Shown piece by piece: positions 49,104 through 58,901 of a stretch of 64,000 bases of DNA; the stretch's first letter is position 1; each line of letters opens with the position of its first letter. The stretch covers positions 2,720,001-2,784,000 of the forward strand of contig OY760907.1 in NCBI GenBank assembly GCA_963664195.1. Reading direction: 5' to 3'. The notes beneath the pieces are model-generated. The model saw nothing but the letters and a program-made list of their open reading frames with translations, searched no databases and had not been told where the DNA came from. The position numbers and the translations under genes were made by a program. This DNA comes from an uncultured candidate division Zixibacteria bacterium (GTDB lineage: Bacteria; Zixibacteria; MSB-5A5; GN15; FEB-12).

Positions 49104-49616
49104 ATGGCCGATACGAGTAAGAACATACTGCAAGTGGGCGATCCGGCTCCCGATTTCACTCTGCTCACACACAACGAGGGGGAGTTGAATCTGGCGTGGT
49201 ATCAGAGGAGAAAGAACGTCATTCTCGCATTTTATCCTGCCGACTGGACACCGGTGTGTGCCACGCAGATCCCTGACTACAAGCCCCTCATTGATGAGTT
49301 TGAAGATCACGATGCCCAATTGCTCGGAGTTTCGGTCGACTCGGTATTCTGTCACAAAGCCTGGGCCAAATCGCTCGGCGGGCTGCCCTTTCCGCTTATG
49401 TCCGACTACTATCCCCATGGCGCGATTGCCCGGTTGTACGGTGTGCTGCACGACAAGGGATTCGCCGAACGCACTGTTTTCCTGATCGATAAGGCGGGTA
49501 TTATCCGTTATATCGAGCGTGTAGACCCCACGCAACTTCCTGACAACGATGCTCTTCTCGATGCCCTGAAGAAGGTAGAGGAGGAGCAGCGGGTGTCAAA
49601 CCAAGAGGGATTCTAA
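49104..49616 (+). CDS. Peroxiredoxin (AhpC/TSA, AhpE-like)
   Basis: VGDPAPDFTL, FYPADWTPVC, ERTVFLID; RBS GGAGG at 49091. Confidence 0.92.
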   Translation: MADTSKNILQVGDPAPDFTLLTHNEGELNLAWYQRRKNVILAFYPADWTPVCATQIPDYKPLIDEFEDHDAQLLGVSVDSVFCHKAWAKSLGGLPFPLMSDYYPHGAIARLYGVLHDKGFAERTVFLIDKAGIIRYIERVDPTQLPDNDALLDALKKVEEEQRVSNQEGF

Positions 49617-49701
49617 GGCTGTCTGACCGTGCCCCCCGATCGAAAACGCACGCGGCCGTTATTGTCGGGCACTTTGGCATTCCCGCGACGTTTACCTGTG
49701 A

Positions 49702-50766
49702 ATGGATATGGAAAACAAAGACGCACATTACGACCGTTCCGACCTGTTTGATATCACGTTCATAGGTGCCGGTCCCGTCGGACTATACGGCATGTACTAC
49801 GCGGGTCTACGTGTCACCAAATTCAAAGCGATTGATATGCTGGAAGAGGTTGGCGGCGGTCTCATGGCTCTCTATCCGGAGAAGTACATCTACGATGTCG
49901 CCGGGTTCCCCAAGGTCATGGCCAAAGAACTGACTCGCATGATGCAGCAGCAGGCAATGCAGTATCCGCACATGATGGCACTCGGCGAGAAAGTCATCGA
50001 TCTGAAACGGGGCGACGACGAGATAATCCGCGTCACCACTGACAAAGGTGAGCACCTGACGAAAACGGTGGTCATTTGCGCCGGCATGGGCGCGTACATG
50101 CCCAAACGCCTCGATATCCCGAATCTGAAGGAACTCGAAGGGGCTGGCGTGTACTATTTCGTTCGCCGTCTGGCCGATTTCGAGGACAAAGACGTGCTGA
50201 TTGTGGGCGGCGGTGATGCTGCGTTTGACTATTCGATGATGCTCGAGCCGGTAGCGAAGTCAATCACCCATATTCACCGCAACGACTTCTTTTCGGCGCA
50301 TGAAGACTCCGTGCGCAAGGTGAAGGAATCTACAGTTGATCTCAGGTGTCCGTTCTGGGAGTTGAAAAGGATCACCGGAGAAGACTGGGTGCAAGAGGCG
50401 ACGATTGTGCAGACTCGGACCGGTGAGGAAAAGAGGCTGTCGGTCGATGCAATTATCCTCAATATCGGGTTTCTGACCAACCTGGGGCCGATTGAAAACT
50501 GGGGGCTGGAGCTTGAGAACAACGCCATAAAAGTAGATTCCCGTATGCGCGCCAGCATCGAGGGCGTTTTTGCCGCAGGCGATATCGTGACGTACGACGG
50601 GAAACTCAAGCTGATTTCCACCGGCTGTGGTGAGGTAGCGATTGCCGTCAACAACGCCAAAAACTACATAGATCCCAAGGCGAAAGTCAGCCCCGGTCAC
50701 TCGACCGACAGACACGTGCTGTCGAAAAAGAAGATGGCCAGACTGGCAGAGAAGGACCACCAATAA
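49702..50766 (+). CDS. TrxB-type ferredoxin--NADP+ reductase (YumC-like)
   Basis: GAGPVG, LYPEKYIYDVAGFP, GGGDAA, GDIVTYDGKLKLI, PGHST; lacks the CxxC of thioredoxin reductase. Confidence 0.88.
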   Translation: MDMENKDAHYDRSDLFDITFIGAGPVGLYGMYYAGLRVTKFKAIDMLEEVGGGLMALYPEKYIYDVAGFPKVMAKELTRMMQQQAMQYPHMMALGEKVIDLKRGDDEIIRVTTDKGEHLTKTVVICAGMGAYMPKRLDIPNLKELEGAGVYYFVRRLADFEDKDVLIVGGGDAAFDYSMMLEPVAKSITHIHRNDFFSAHEDSVRKVKESTVDLRCPFWELKRITGEDWVQEATIVQTRTGEEKRLSVDAIILNIGFLTNLGPIENWGLELENNAIKVDSRMRASIEGVFAAGDIVTYDGKLKLISTGCGEVAIAVNNAKNYIDPKAKVSPGHSTDRHVLSKKKMARLAEKDHQ

Positions 50767-50769
50767 AAT

Positions 50770-51849
50770 ATGCTGTTCACACTCCCTCAGGAATATAGAG
50801 AAGCAACCGCAGATGAACTTCGGGAGCGTATCGCCGAGGCACGCAAGAAACTGGGCAAAAAGCTCTGCATCCTGACGCATCACTATCAGCGACGCGAGGT
50901 GGTGGAGTGCGGTGACCGGGTAGGCGACAGCTATGATTTGTCCAAGACTGCAGCCGCACAAAAAGAGACCGAGATCATCGTGTTCTGCGGAGTGCATTTC
51001 ATGGCCGAATCCGCCGACATCCTGACCGCCGCGCATCAAGACGTCTATATGCCGAATCCACTGGCCGGTTGCCCGATGGCAGATATGGCCGAGATGGCCG
51101 ATGTTATCGAGGCCTGGGAGTATCTCAAGCCGTTTGGCCGCGAAGAAAAGATCATGCCTATTTCGTACATGAACACCGCCGCCGGATTGAAAGCTTTCAC
51201 GGGTAAACACGGTGGGCTGATCTGCACGTCCTCGAACGCCGATGCCGCCCTGAAGTGGGCCTTTGATCGTCGCGAGAAAGTATTCTTCTTCCCGGACGAG
51301 AACCTTGGTCACAATACTGCTTTGAAAATGGGGCTCAAGCCTGAGGAGATCGTGCTCTGGGATTTCTCGCGCGAACGGGGAGGACTCGGCGAGAAAGAGA
51401 TCGCCCGGGCGAAAGTGATTCTGTGGAAGGGTCACTGTCATGTTCACACGAATTTCACGGTTGTCCATGTCGACGAAGTGCGCGAAAAACACCCCGATGT
51501 CCGGGTGATCGTGCATCCAGAGTGTACTCCCGAGGTGGTTTCGGCTGCCGACGGCAGCGGTTCGACCAAATATATCGTGCAGTACTGCGAAGACGCCCCT
51601 GCGGGGGCCGTGATAGCGATTGGCACGGAAATTAACCTCATAAACCGCATGGCGCACGCGCACCCTGACAAGACGATTTTCGAGCTTTCGGGGCAAACGT
51701 GTCCTGTTTGCGCCAACATGTACCGTACGAATCTTAACGATCTGGCGTACTGTTTGGAGCGTTACAAAGATATCCAGCCGATCAAGGTTGTTGATCCGGT
51801 CAGATCCGACGCGCTGCTGGCGCTTGAGCGGATGCTCGAAGTTCGCTAA
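50770..51849 (+). CDS. nadA: Quinolinate synthase
   Basis: HHYQR, FCGVHFMAESA, AGCPMADM, CTSSNA, GHCHVH, HPEC, CANM. Confidence 0.96.
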   Translation: MLFTLPQEYREATADELRERIAEARKKLGKKLCILTHHYQRREVVECGDRVGDSYDLSKTAAAQKETEIIVFCGVHFMAESADILTAAHQDVYMPNPLAGCPMADMAEMADVIEAWEYLKPFGREEKIMPISYMNTAAGLKAFTGKHGGLICTSSNADAALKWAFDRREKVFFFPDENLGHNTALKMGLKPEEIVLWDFSRERGGLGEKEIARAKVILWKGHCHVHTNFTVVHVDEVREKHPDVRVIVHPECTPEVVSAADGSGSTKYIVQYCEDAPAGAVIAIGTEINLINRMAHAHPDKTIFELSGQTCPVCANMYRTNLNDLAYCLERYKDIQPIKVVDPVRSDALLALERMLEVR

Positions 51850-51951
51850 TACGTCTGGAACCCCCGGGCGTGTCCTGTGTTTCACTTGGTAATGATACAA
51901 AGCCACCTGATGGGGAGAGGCTAGCTAATCCGATGAGTAAGGGAAACTGAA

Positions 51952-53346
51952 ATGGTTCAGGATGTTTTGGTTCCGCAGATGGGTGAGTCGGTTCTCGAGG
52001 GAACAATCTTAGAATGGAAAGTCAAGATCGGTGACAAGGTCAAGAACAACCAGGCGCTGGTTGAGCTGATGACTGACAAGGTGAACGTGGAAATTCCGGC
52101 CGAAACGGACGGTATTCTCACGGGTCAATTTGCCAAAGAGGGCGATGTTGTCCCGGTTGGCACGCGCATAGCCACGATTGACGACGGCAAAGGCGATGCG
52201 GCGAGCGCTACAACCCAGGCCGCTCCGGCTGCCGGGAAGCCGGCTCCTGCTCCAACTGCTGAAGCCCCGGGCGCGGGAAGGTCTGCCCCGAGTGGTGCAC
52301 CGGCCGCGGTGGCTGCCCTGCCATCAAATGCAAGGGCTACCGGTGAGGTGGGGCGCGGCAAGCTATCTCCGAAGATTCGCATGATGATCCGCGAGTACGG
52401 CGTTGACCCGACCACGATCCTCCCGACCGGCAAGAAGGGCCTCGTGACGGCCGACGATGTCAAGCGTGCTGTCGAGGGCCGCTCAGCCGCCGCAGGCTTC
52501 ACCGTATCTCCGACCCCCTTGGCCGCACCTGCTGCAACCGCATCGGCTGCTCCTGCGACTCCGGCCGTTGCTCAGGCGCTTGTTGCTCCGGCTGCGCCGA
52601 AAGTACAGGTGAACATTCCAGTCTTTGAACAGCTTCCGGCTTCGATGAGAGAGACGCGTATGCCGTTGGTGGGTGCCCGCAAGGCGATTTCGGACCACAT
52701 GTCTCACTCGCTGCATACGGCGGCTCATGTGACGACCTTTGAGGAAATCGATTTCACCGAACTGGCCGCGTTTCGTCGCGAGATCAAGAAGTCGTTCGTC
52801 GAGACCTACGGCGTCAACGTGACGTACATGCCGTTTATCATCAAGGCTGCCTGTGTGGCGCTGAAAGAGTTCCCGACTGTCAACGCCTCGATGACCGAGC
52901 AGGAAATCATCCTTAAGAACTACTACAATGTCGGTATCGCGGTTGCACGCGACGAAGGATTGATCGTTCCGGTGATCAAGGATGCCGACAAAAAGACGAT
53001 CGTCGAACTGGCCTATGAGATCACTGAGTTGGGCGAGAAGGCCCGTACTAATCGTCTGATGCCGGATGACGTTGCCAACGGTACGTTCACCGTAACCAAT
53101 GCCGGCATGTTCGGTGCCACGGCCTCCACACCGGTCATCGCACAGCCGCAGGTGGCGATCCTTGGTGTTCATGCGATAGCCAAACGCCCGTGGGTAGTCA
53201 ATGACGAAATCAAGATTCGTGAAATTTCCAGCTTCGGACTTTCGTTTGACCATCGTCTGATCGACGGTCACACGGCTGTGCAGTTTCTGCACCGGGTCAA
53301 TGAGTATCTCTCGAGCACCAACAAGTTGCTGATGAATCTTCGCTGA
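51952..53346 (+). CDS. 2-oxoacid dehydrogenase E2 (dihydrolipoamide acyltransferase)
   Basis: Lipoyl domain PQMGESV...TDKVN, E3-binding domain, catalytic FDHRLIDG; substrate class (PDH, OGDH or BCKDH) not assignable. Confidence 0.94.
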   Translation: MVQDVLVPQMGESVLEGTILEWKVKIGDKVKNNQALVELMTDKVNVEIPAETDGILTGQFAKEGDVVPVGTRIATIDDGKGDAASATTQAAPAAGKPAPAPTAEAPGAGRSAPSGAPAAVAALPSNARATGEVGRGKLSPKIRMMIREYGVDPTTILPTGKKGLVTADDVKRAVEGRSAAAGFTVSPTPLAAPAATASAAPATPAVAQALVAPAAPKVQVNIPVFEQLPASMRETRMPLVGARKAISDHMSHSLHTAAHVTTFEEIDFTELAAFRREIKKSFVETYGVNVTYMPFIIKAACVALKEFPTVNASMTEQEIILKNYYNVGIAVARDEGLIVPVIKDADKKTIVELAYEITELGEKARTNRLMPDDVANGTFTVTNAGMFGATASTPVIAQPQVAILGVHAIAKRPWVVNDEIKIREISSFGLSFDHRLIDGHTAVQFLHRVNEYLSSTNKLLMNLR

Positions 53347-54050
53347 TGATGAGCGGCGCTAAAGACAAGCTGTACGGATGGCATCTCGCGCTGGGCAAGG
53401 TCGATTACCAGAAGACGCTTGACTGGCAACACGGGTTGCGACAAATGCGCCAGCAGGGGTTTGCCCGTGATACGATCATCACGGTCGAACACCCATCGGT
53501 CGTTACCGTCGGCAAAGACGGTCACGAGGAGAATTACGTCGACCTCAACCCTGCGCCGATCAAGATCGAGCGTGGGGGGGACGTCACCTATCACGGCCCC
53601 GGACAACTGGTTATTTATTACGTCTTCAACCTGACCCGGCGCGGAAGAGACCTGCACAAGTTCATGGATGATATCCAGGAGGGTATTATCCGGACACTGG
53701 CTGATTTTGATATCGAGGCCTCAAGAGGCACCGAGAATACCGGCGTGTGGGTGCGGGAGAAAAAGATAGCATCAATCGGCGTGGCAGTGAAAAAGTGGAT
53801 ATCGTTCCACGGTGCCGCGCTCAATCTGAACACAAGGCTCTCGGATTTCGAGCAGATTCATCCGTGTGGTCTGGCGCCGGAAGTCATGACTTCGACCGAA
53901 AAGCTTCTCGGCAGGCAACTCGAACTTGCCGATGTTGCCAAACGGATTGTTGGGCACTATTGTACGGTGTTTGACACCAACTTCATGCCCATTGATCTGG
54001 AGACCCTGGCTGAAGACGTAGAAAGCCAGGAGGGCAGCAACGCGATATAG
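53346..54050 (+). CDS. lipB: Lipoyl(octanoyl) transferase
   Basis: EHPSVVTVG, RGGDVTYHGPGQLV, KIASIG, HGAALN, PCGL. Confidence 0.95.
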   Translation: MMSGAKDKLYGWHLALGKVDYQKTLDWQHGLRQMRQQGFARDTIITVEHPSVVTVGKDGHEENYVDLNPAPIKIERGGDVTYHGPGQLVIYYVFNLTRRGRDLHKFMDDIQEGIIRTLADFDIEASRGTENTGVWVREKKIASIGVAVKKWISFHGAALNLNTRLSDFEQIHPCGLAPEVMTSTEKLLGRQLELADVAKRIVGHYCTVFDTNFMPIDLETLAEDVESQEGSNAI

Positions 54051-54107
54051 CGGGCACGCCTCTCAGCAGCATTTCAAGGACGAAATCGATTCAGGAGGAA
54101 TACGGAA

Positions 54108-54854
54108 ATGGAATTGGAAGGGAAAGTCGCATTTGTTTCAGGAGGCACGAGAGGCATCGGTTTCTCGGTTGCCGAGAAACTTGCCCAGAAGGGCGCGAAT
54201 GTCGTACTGAACTATTTTCGCTCGCGGCAGTCGGCCAGCGAGGCGGTGGAGAAGATCAAAAGCTACGGTGTGGACTGCTTCGCTCATCGTGCTAACATGG
54301 GAAACCATGATCAGATACCGGGGATATTTGAAGCGATAGATAAGCATTTTGGCAAGCTGGACATCATGGTCTCCAACGCCGCCCTCGGGCTGTACACGGA
54401 CCTGCTTGACATCGATGATAAAGCCTGGGATTTGTCGATGCACACCAACGCACGCGCCTTCCTGCACTGCATCCAGCTGGGATCCTCGATCATCCCCGAC
54501 CACGGTCGAATTGTCACGCTATCCTCGCTGGGTTCAATTCGATATATCCCCGGATATTCAGCGATTGGCGTTTCCAAGGCGGCGCTTGAGAATATCGTCC
54601 GGTACGCGGCGATCGAAATGGCCCCGCGACAGATCACCGTCAATGCCGTTTCCGGCGGGTTCATTGACACGCGGGCACTGTCGGTTTTTCCGAATTTTGA
54701 GGAAATGAAGCGCGAAGTCTCAAATCGAACTCCGTTCAAACGAATCGGCAAACCGGAAGAGGTTGCCGATGTTGTTGTGTTTCTCGCCAGTCCGAAAGCG
54801 AGCTGGATCACCGGGCAGACGGTGATTGTCGACGGTGGCTATTCGCTGATGTAA
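54108..54854 (+). CDS. fabL: SDR oxidoreductase, FabL-like enoyl-ACP reductase
   Basis: SGGTRGIG, NAALG, SSLGSIRYIPGYSAIGVSKAALE (Y-x6-K), VNAVSGG. Confidence 0.75.
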   Translation: MELEGKVAFVSGGTRGIGFSVAEKLAQKGANVVLNYFRSRQSASEAVEKIKSYGVDCFAHRANMGNHDQIPGIFEAIDKHFGKLDIMVSNAALGLYTDLLDIDDKAWDLSMHTNARAFLHCIQLGSSIIPDHGRIVTLSSLGSIRYIPGYSAIGVSKAALENIVRYAAIEMAPRQITVNAVSGGFIDTRALSVFPNFEEMKREVSNRTPFKRIGKPEEVADVVVFLASPKASWITGQTVIVDGGYSLM

Positions 54855-54873
54855 CGATTACGTGGGCTGTCGG

Positions 54874-55698
54874 TCATTCTGAATCGACAGCCTGGGATTT
54901 GGCCGATCTTGCTTTCTTCGAATTCAAGTAGTACATGGCTGCGCCGGCGATAAAGAGGCTTATCGACACGACCTGATTATAAGTCGGGTGCATGCCCCAG
55001 AGATCGAAATACATCGCATCTTCGTAATACCGCACGTACTCGATCGCATACCGGAAACAGGCCTCAGAAATGAACAGTACCGACACCAGTTGCCCGATGA
55101 ACTGTTTCTTTTTCATCATGAAGTGCAGCAGCACGAACAGGCCGAAGCCGTAGAGCGAGCTGTATATCTGCGCCGGGTGGATATGCTGGCTTCCGAAAAT
55201 GGCAAACGGAATTGATCCCACGGGAAACATCACACCCCACGGCAGCTCCGTTGGAGTACCAAAACAACAGCCGTTGAGATAACAGCCGATTCGACTGATG
55301 CCTATGCCGAGTGCCAGCGAGGGAGAGAAATAGTCAAAAACCTCCAGCACCGACATCTTCTTGAGATGGCAATACACCCAGGCACCGCCAATGGCCGCCA
55401 ACACGCCACCGTAGAGGTTCAGCCCGGCGATTCCAAATTGACCGCTGTGGAACGGGTTGAAAGCTGCCCCGAGGTTGTGGGCAAAGTCTGACCAGTGCAG
55501 CAAGACGTATGAAATTCGTGCGCCGAGGATGCCCCCGATTATCAGTATATAGGCCACGGTCAAGTATGGCTCAAAATCCTTGCCGTCGCGGCGAGTCATT
55601 CGACTGACGTAGATTACTCCTGCCAGAAACGACAGGGCCAGCATGATACCAAACGAACGTATGGGTACAGGACCGATATGGAATAACTCAGGACACAT
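54874..55698 (-). CDS. lgt: Prolipoprotein diacylglyceryl transferase
   Basis: GARISYV, GLNLYGG, RIGCYLNGCCFG, HPAQIY, RYAIEYVR; start MCPELF. Confidence 0.94.
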   Translation of the reverse strand: MCPELFHIGPVPIRSFGIMLALSFLAGVIYVSRMTRRDGKDFEPYLTVAYILIIGGILGARISYVLLHWSDFAHNLGAAFNPFHSGQFGIAGLNLYGGVLAAIGGAWVYCHLKKMSVLEVFDYFSPSLALGIGISRIGCYLNGCCFGTPTELPWGVMFPVGSIPFAIFGSQHIHPAQIYSSLYGFGLFVLLHFMMKKKQFIGQLVSVLFISEACFRYAIEYVRYYEDAMYFDLWGMHPTYNQVVSISLFIAGAAMYYLNSKKARSAKSQAVDSE

Positions 55699-56617
55699 GT
55701 TGTTGCACGACCTTTCTATCCGATTCAGTTTGTCGATCGGTGCCGACCCACCGGTCATAATACTTCAACACCAATAAGTCGGAAAAGACTGCAATTGCAG
55801 CTCCGACTATTACGTCTGAGACATAATGGAACCGTCCCCAGACAGTCCCCGCGGCCAGTCCGATGACAATCGGTAGCAGAATCCAGCCAACCGCGCGATA
55901 GTGCCGGAAACAGAACAGCATGATCACCAGCGCCACTCCGGTATGCGAAGACGGCATTGCGCCGCCGTGTACGGCGCCGTTGTGAATGACGAAATTCACC
56001 ATCTGTCTGAACATCGGTCCCTCGACCTGATTCATGTAATCCGCCGCAAAATGCCAGCGCGGCCCCTCGACAGGGTATAGGCTGAAAAGCAAATACGACA
56101 GAAAAAACGTCAGGCAGGTCGCTGTCAGGAAACGCTTGAGGATATCGTAATCTCTTTTGATAAATACGGGGAAGAGAAATCCCGGCAGCATAAGGTAATA
56201 GCTGAAATAGCAGAACGACAGGACTTCAGTGGTCCAGACGCTCAGCAGATGCGAATCGATGTAAAGTGTCGGGTGCACCCCGAAAAGCATCTTCTCAAAC
56301 GTCACCAACTGCCAGTCAAAGAACTCCCCATGCAGGAGGAACATCAGGCCGCCTGTTTGCGTGTAGAAGAACGTGAACATGACCGCCGGGTACATAATGC
56401 GAATGAACGCTGCCAGCCGACCTCGCATTTCATCGACATACCGCACGATCATCGCGGCGATGACCGCCATGGCACTGTAGAAGAGGATGCTGCCGACGTA
56501 GCTCTCAAGCGGGCGACCAAACAGGGATATCGCAACCACCATCGTCAGGCTGTACCCGATGACAAGCCAATCGAACGGATAGATAGGACGAGCGCCTGTC
56601 GCTTTGCTACCTGTCAT
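55688..56617 (-). CDS. PAP2-family (Aur1/PAP2_3-like) membrane phosphatase or phosphotransferase
   Basis: YPVEGPR, AMPSSHTG, GRFHYVSDVIVG; multiple TMs. Confidence 0.85.
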   Translation of the reverse strand: MTGSKATGARPIYPFDWLVIGYSLTMVVAISLFGRPLESYVGSILFYSAMAVIAAMIVRYVDEMRGRLAAFIRIMYPAVMFTFFYTQTGGLMFLLHGEFFDWQLVTFEKMLFGVHPTLYIDSHLLSVWTTEVLSFCYFSYYLMLPGFLFPVFIKRDYDILKRFLTATCLTFFLSYLLFSLYPVEGPRWHFAADYMNQVEGPMFRQMVNFVIHNGAVHGGAMPSSHTGVALVIMLFCFRHYRAVGWILLPIVIGLAAGTVWGRFHYVSDVIVGAAIAVFSDLLVLKYYDRWVGTDRQTESDRKVVQQHVS

Positions 56618-57317
56618 CTTTCGACTTTGTCTTTCCACGGTTACCGGCTACAACCAGCACGATTTCACCCTTCACCTTGCGATCAGCGATTCTCTCCAAA
56701 ATTGTGCTGATGGTGCCCCTGATGTACTGCTCAAACTTCTTGCTGATCTCCCGTGCCAGGCACGCCTCACGATCCCCAAGGATATCCTGCATGTCTGTCA
56801 GGGTCTTGTGAACGCGGTGGGGAGATTCATAAAACAAGAGCGTGTGCTCGAAGGCAGTCAATTGCTCAAGTCGTCGTCGGCGTGCGGCAGACTTGTTGGA
56901 AAGGAAGCCCTCGAAAAAGAATCGATCGGTCGGCAGACCGGAGGCTGTCAACGCCGGTAAGACGGCATTTGCTCCCGGAAGGGCACTGACCTCGATACTG
57001 TTGTCGATAGCCGCCCGCACGATTCGATAGGCCGGATCGGAAACTCCCGGTGCACCGGCATCGGTGATCACCGCAACGTTTTGTCCCTCTTTGATTAAGG
57101 CAACAAGTTGCTCGGCGCGGCGGGTCTCGTTGAAATCGTGATAGCTGATGAGTCTTTTCTTGATATCGAGTTTCTTCAGCAGGCCGCCGCTCGTGCGGGT
57201 GTCCTCGCAGGCTATTATGTCCACTGAAGAGAGTATCTCGATAGATCGGGCAGTGATATCACCCATGTTGCCTATCGGCGTGGGGACGAGGTAAATGATT
57301 CCGGGCGTCTCTGGCAT
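56607..57317 (-). CDS. rsmI: 16S rRNA C1402 2'-O-methyltransferase
   Basis: VPTPIGNMGDIT, ACEDTR, DAGAPGVSDP, FYESPHR, AREISKKFE, KGEIV. Confidence 0.96.
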   Translation of the reverse strand: MPETPGIIYLVPTPIGNMGDITARSIEILSSVDIIACEDTRTSGGLLKKLDIKKRLISYHDFNETRRAEQLVALIKEGQNVAVITDAGAPGVSDPAYRIVRAAIDNSIEVSALPGANAVLPALTASGLPTDRFFFEGFLSNKSAARRRRLEQLTAFEHTLLFYESPHRVHKTLTDMQDILGDREACLAREISKKFEQYIRGTISTILERIADRKVKGEIVLVVAGNRGKTKSKDDR

Positions 57318-57327
57318 AATTCTGCCG

Positions 57328-58137
57328 TCACTCGGTCAAATCGATTGCGTCCGGCACCGGCACTTTTCCCAGCGGGGCTACCGGCGGCAATGAGCGTTTG
57401 AAGGCATTGCGATTGATGAGCGAAACCACACGGCTCACATCCATCTGCGGAAGCCCTTCCGCTTCGAGCGCTTTGATCGACCTCTCGCCGTCGTCGATGA
57501 TGCGGTGCAATATCCGGTCTATCGTTTCGTAGGTGACACCGATTTCGCCTTCGTCGGTCTGGTCTTTCCAGAGATCGGCGCTGGGGGGCTTGGTGATGAT
57601 CGACTCTGGTACGCCGAGTTCTTTGGACATCTGGCGCACTTGCGATTTGTACAACTCACCGACCGGATTCACCGAGCAGGCCGAGTCGCCGTAGAGGGTC
57701 GTGTATCCGAGACAGATTTCTGTCCGGTTGCCGGTTCCCAGAACCAGTCGTCCCATCTCGTGGGCTGTGTCGAACAAAATCGACATCCGCTCGCGCGCCA
57801 TCTTGTTGCCGGCTCGCAGGCGACGGGATTCGTCGATTTCGTCAAAATAGGCGTCGATCATAGGGGAGATGTCTACCAGCTTGTGGTCGATTCCCAGATG
57901 CTTCACCAACTTAGTAGCATCGGCAATGGAGCTATCGGAAGACGTTTTGTACGGCATGAGAACGCCAAACACCTTCTCCGGACCGACCGCGGCGACCGCG
58001 AGGCTGGCTGAGAGGGCAGAATCAATGCCTCCGGAAAGCCCCACCACGTACCCGGAGAGGCCGCTCAGGTTGAGACTACCGGTGAGAAATCTTTTTAAAG
58101 ATGTGATTGCGGACTGACAGTCAAAATCCATATTCAT
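57328..58137 (-). CDS. nadE: NH3-dependent NAD+ synthetase
   Basis: GLSGGIDS, GNKMARERM, GTGNRTE, KPPSADLW, TDEGEIG; no glutaminase domain. Confidence 0.95.
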   Translation of the reverse strand: MNMDFDCQSAITSLKRFLTGSLNLSGLSGYVVGLSGGIDSALSASLAVAAVGPEKVFGVLMPYKTSSDSSIADATKLVKHLGIDHKLVDISPMIDAYFDEIDESRRLRAGNKMARERMSILFDTAHEMGRLVLGTGNRTEICLGYTTLYGDSACSVNPVGELYKSQVRQMSKELGVPESIITKPPSADLWKDQTDEGEIGVTYETIDRILHRIIDDGERSIKALEAEGLPQMDVSRVVSLINRNAFKRSLPPVAPLGKVPVPDAIDLTE

Positions 58138-58217
58138 AAGTACACACTCCGTAGAGTGCGAAAATACCGTATCTGTGTGGAGCTATCAAGTTAAATATGG
58201 GCTGTACGACAGGCCGC

Positions 58218-58246
58218 TTGACGGCAACGGCGGTGCGGGTTATATT
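58218..58246 (+). promoter_or_regulatory. Sigma70 promoter for ssb
   Basis: TTGACG-17 nt-TATATT. Confidence 0.65.
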
Positions 58247-58278
58247 CGGGGCCAAATAACAGAGGGAGACACGTTTTA

Positions 58279-58713
58279 ATGAGTGTGAACAAAGCCATTC
58301 TTTTGGGTCGACTGGGGAAAGATCCCGAGCTCCGATACACCCCGTCCGGCAAAGCCGTTTGTAACTTCACGATTGCCACCAGCGAGCGCTGGTCCGGTCA
58401 GGACGGCCAGCGACAGGAATCAACCACCTGGCACAATATCGTTGCCTGGGGCAAACAGGCCGAAGTCATCAAAGAGTATTTGTCCAAGGGCCGTGAGGTC
58501 TTCATCGAGGGACGGATCGACAACCGCTCGTACGACAAGAAAGACGGCTCGGGAAAGGGATACATCTCTGAGGTCATCGTGCAGAACTTTTCGTTTGTCG
58601 GTGGTCGTCAGGATGCCGCTCCGGGTGGTGGAGGCCAGAGCGCTCCGCCGGCCCGCGACGATTCTCCTTCGCCGGAAGGCGCAGGAGGCGACGACGACGA
58701 CCTGCCGTTCTGA
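58279..58713 (+). CDS. ssb: Single-stranded DNA-binding protein
   Basis: SVNKAILLGRLGKDPELRYT, TTWHNIV, acidic tail DDDDLPF. Confidence 0.98.
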   Translation: MSVNKAILLGRLGKDPELRYTPSGKAVCNFTIATSERWSGQDGQRQESTTWHNIVAWGKQAEVIKEYLSKGREVFIEGRIDNRSYDKKDGSGKGYISEVIVQNFSFVGGRQDAAPGGGGQSAPPARDDSPSPEGAGGDDDDLPF

Positions 58714-58733
58714 TCATTTCCCGCACAGACCGC

Positions 58734-58764
58734 CAGTAAAGCCCGCCCCCGGCGGGCTTTACTG
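58734..58764 (+). terminator. Hairpin terminator after ssb
   Basis: CAGTAAAGCCCGCC-CCC-GGCGGGCTTTACTG. Confidence 0.75.
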
Positions 58765-58901
58765 CTGTATGAAATCAGGCCACAAATCGTTCAGAGTCTA
58801 TACTAAGAATCCTTGATGGTCCTTCCGAATCTCTACTATGCGTGCGGGCGCGTACACATTGCGTCCCTTTCAGACCTGGAACCCGGTTAGGAGACACGAC
58901 A

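Noticed and set aside
50260..51906. 548-aa antisense ORF spanning FNR and nadA
   Set aside because: Lies entirely opposite two well-supported genes; typical stop-poor shadow frame.
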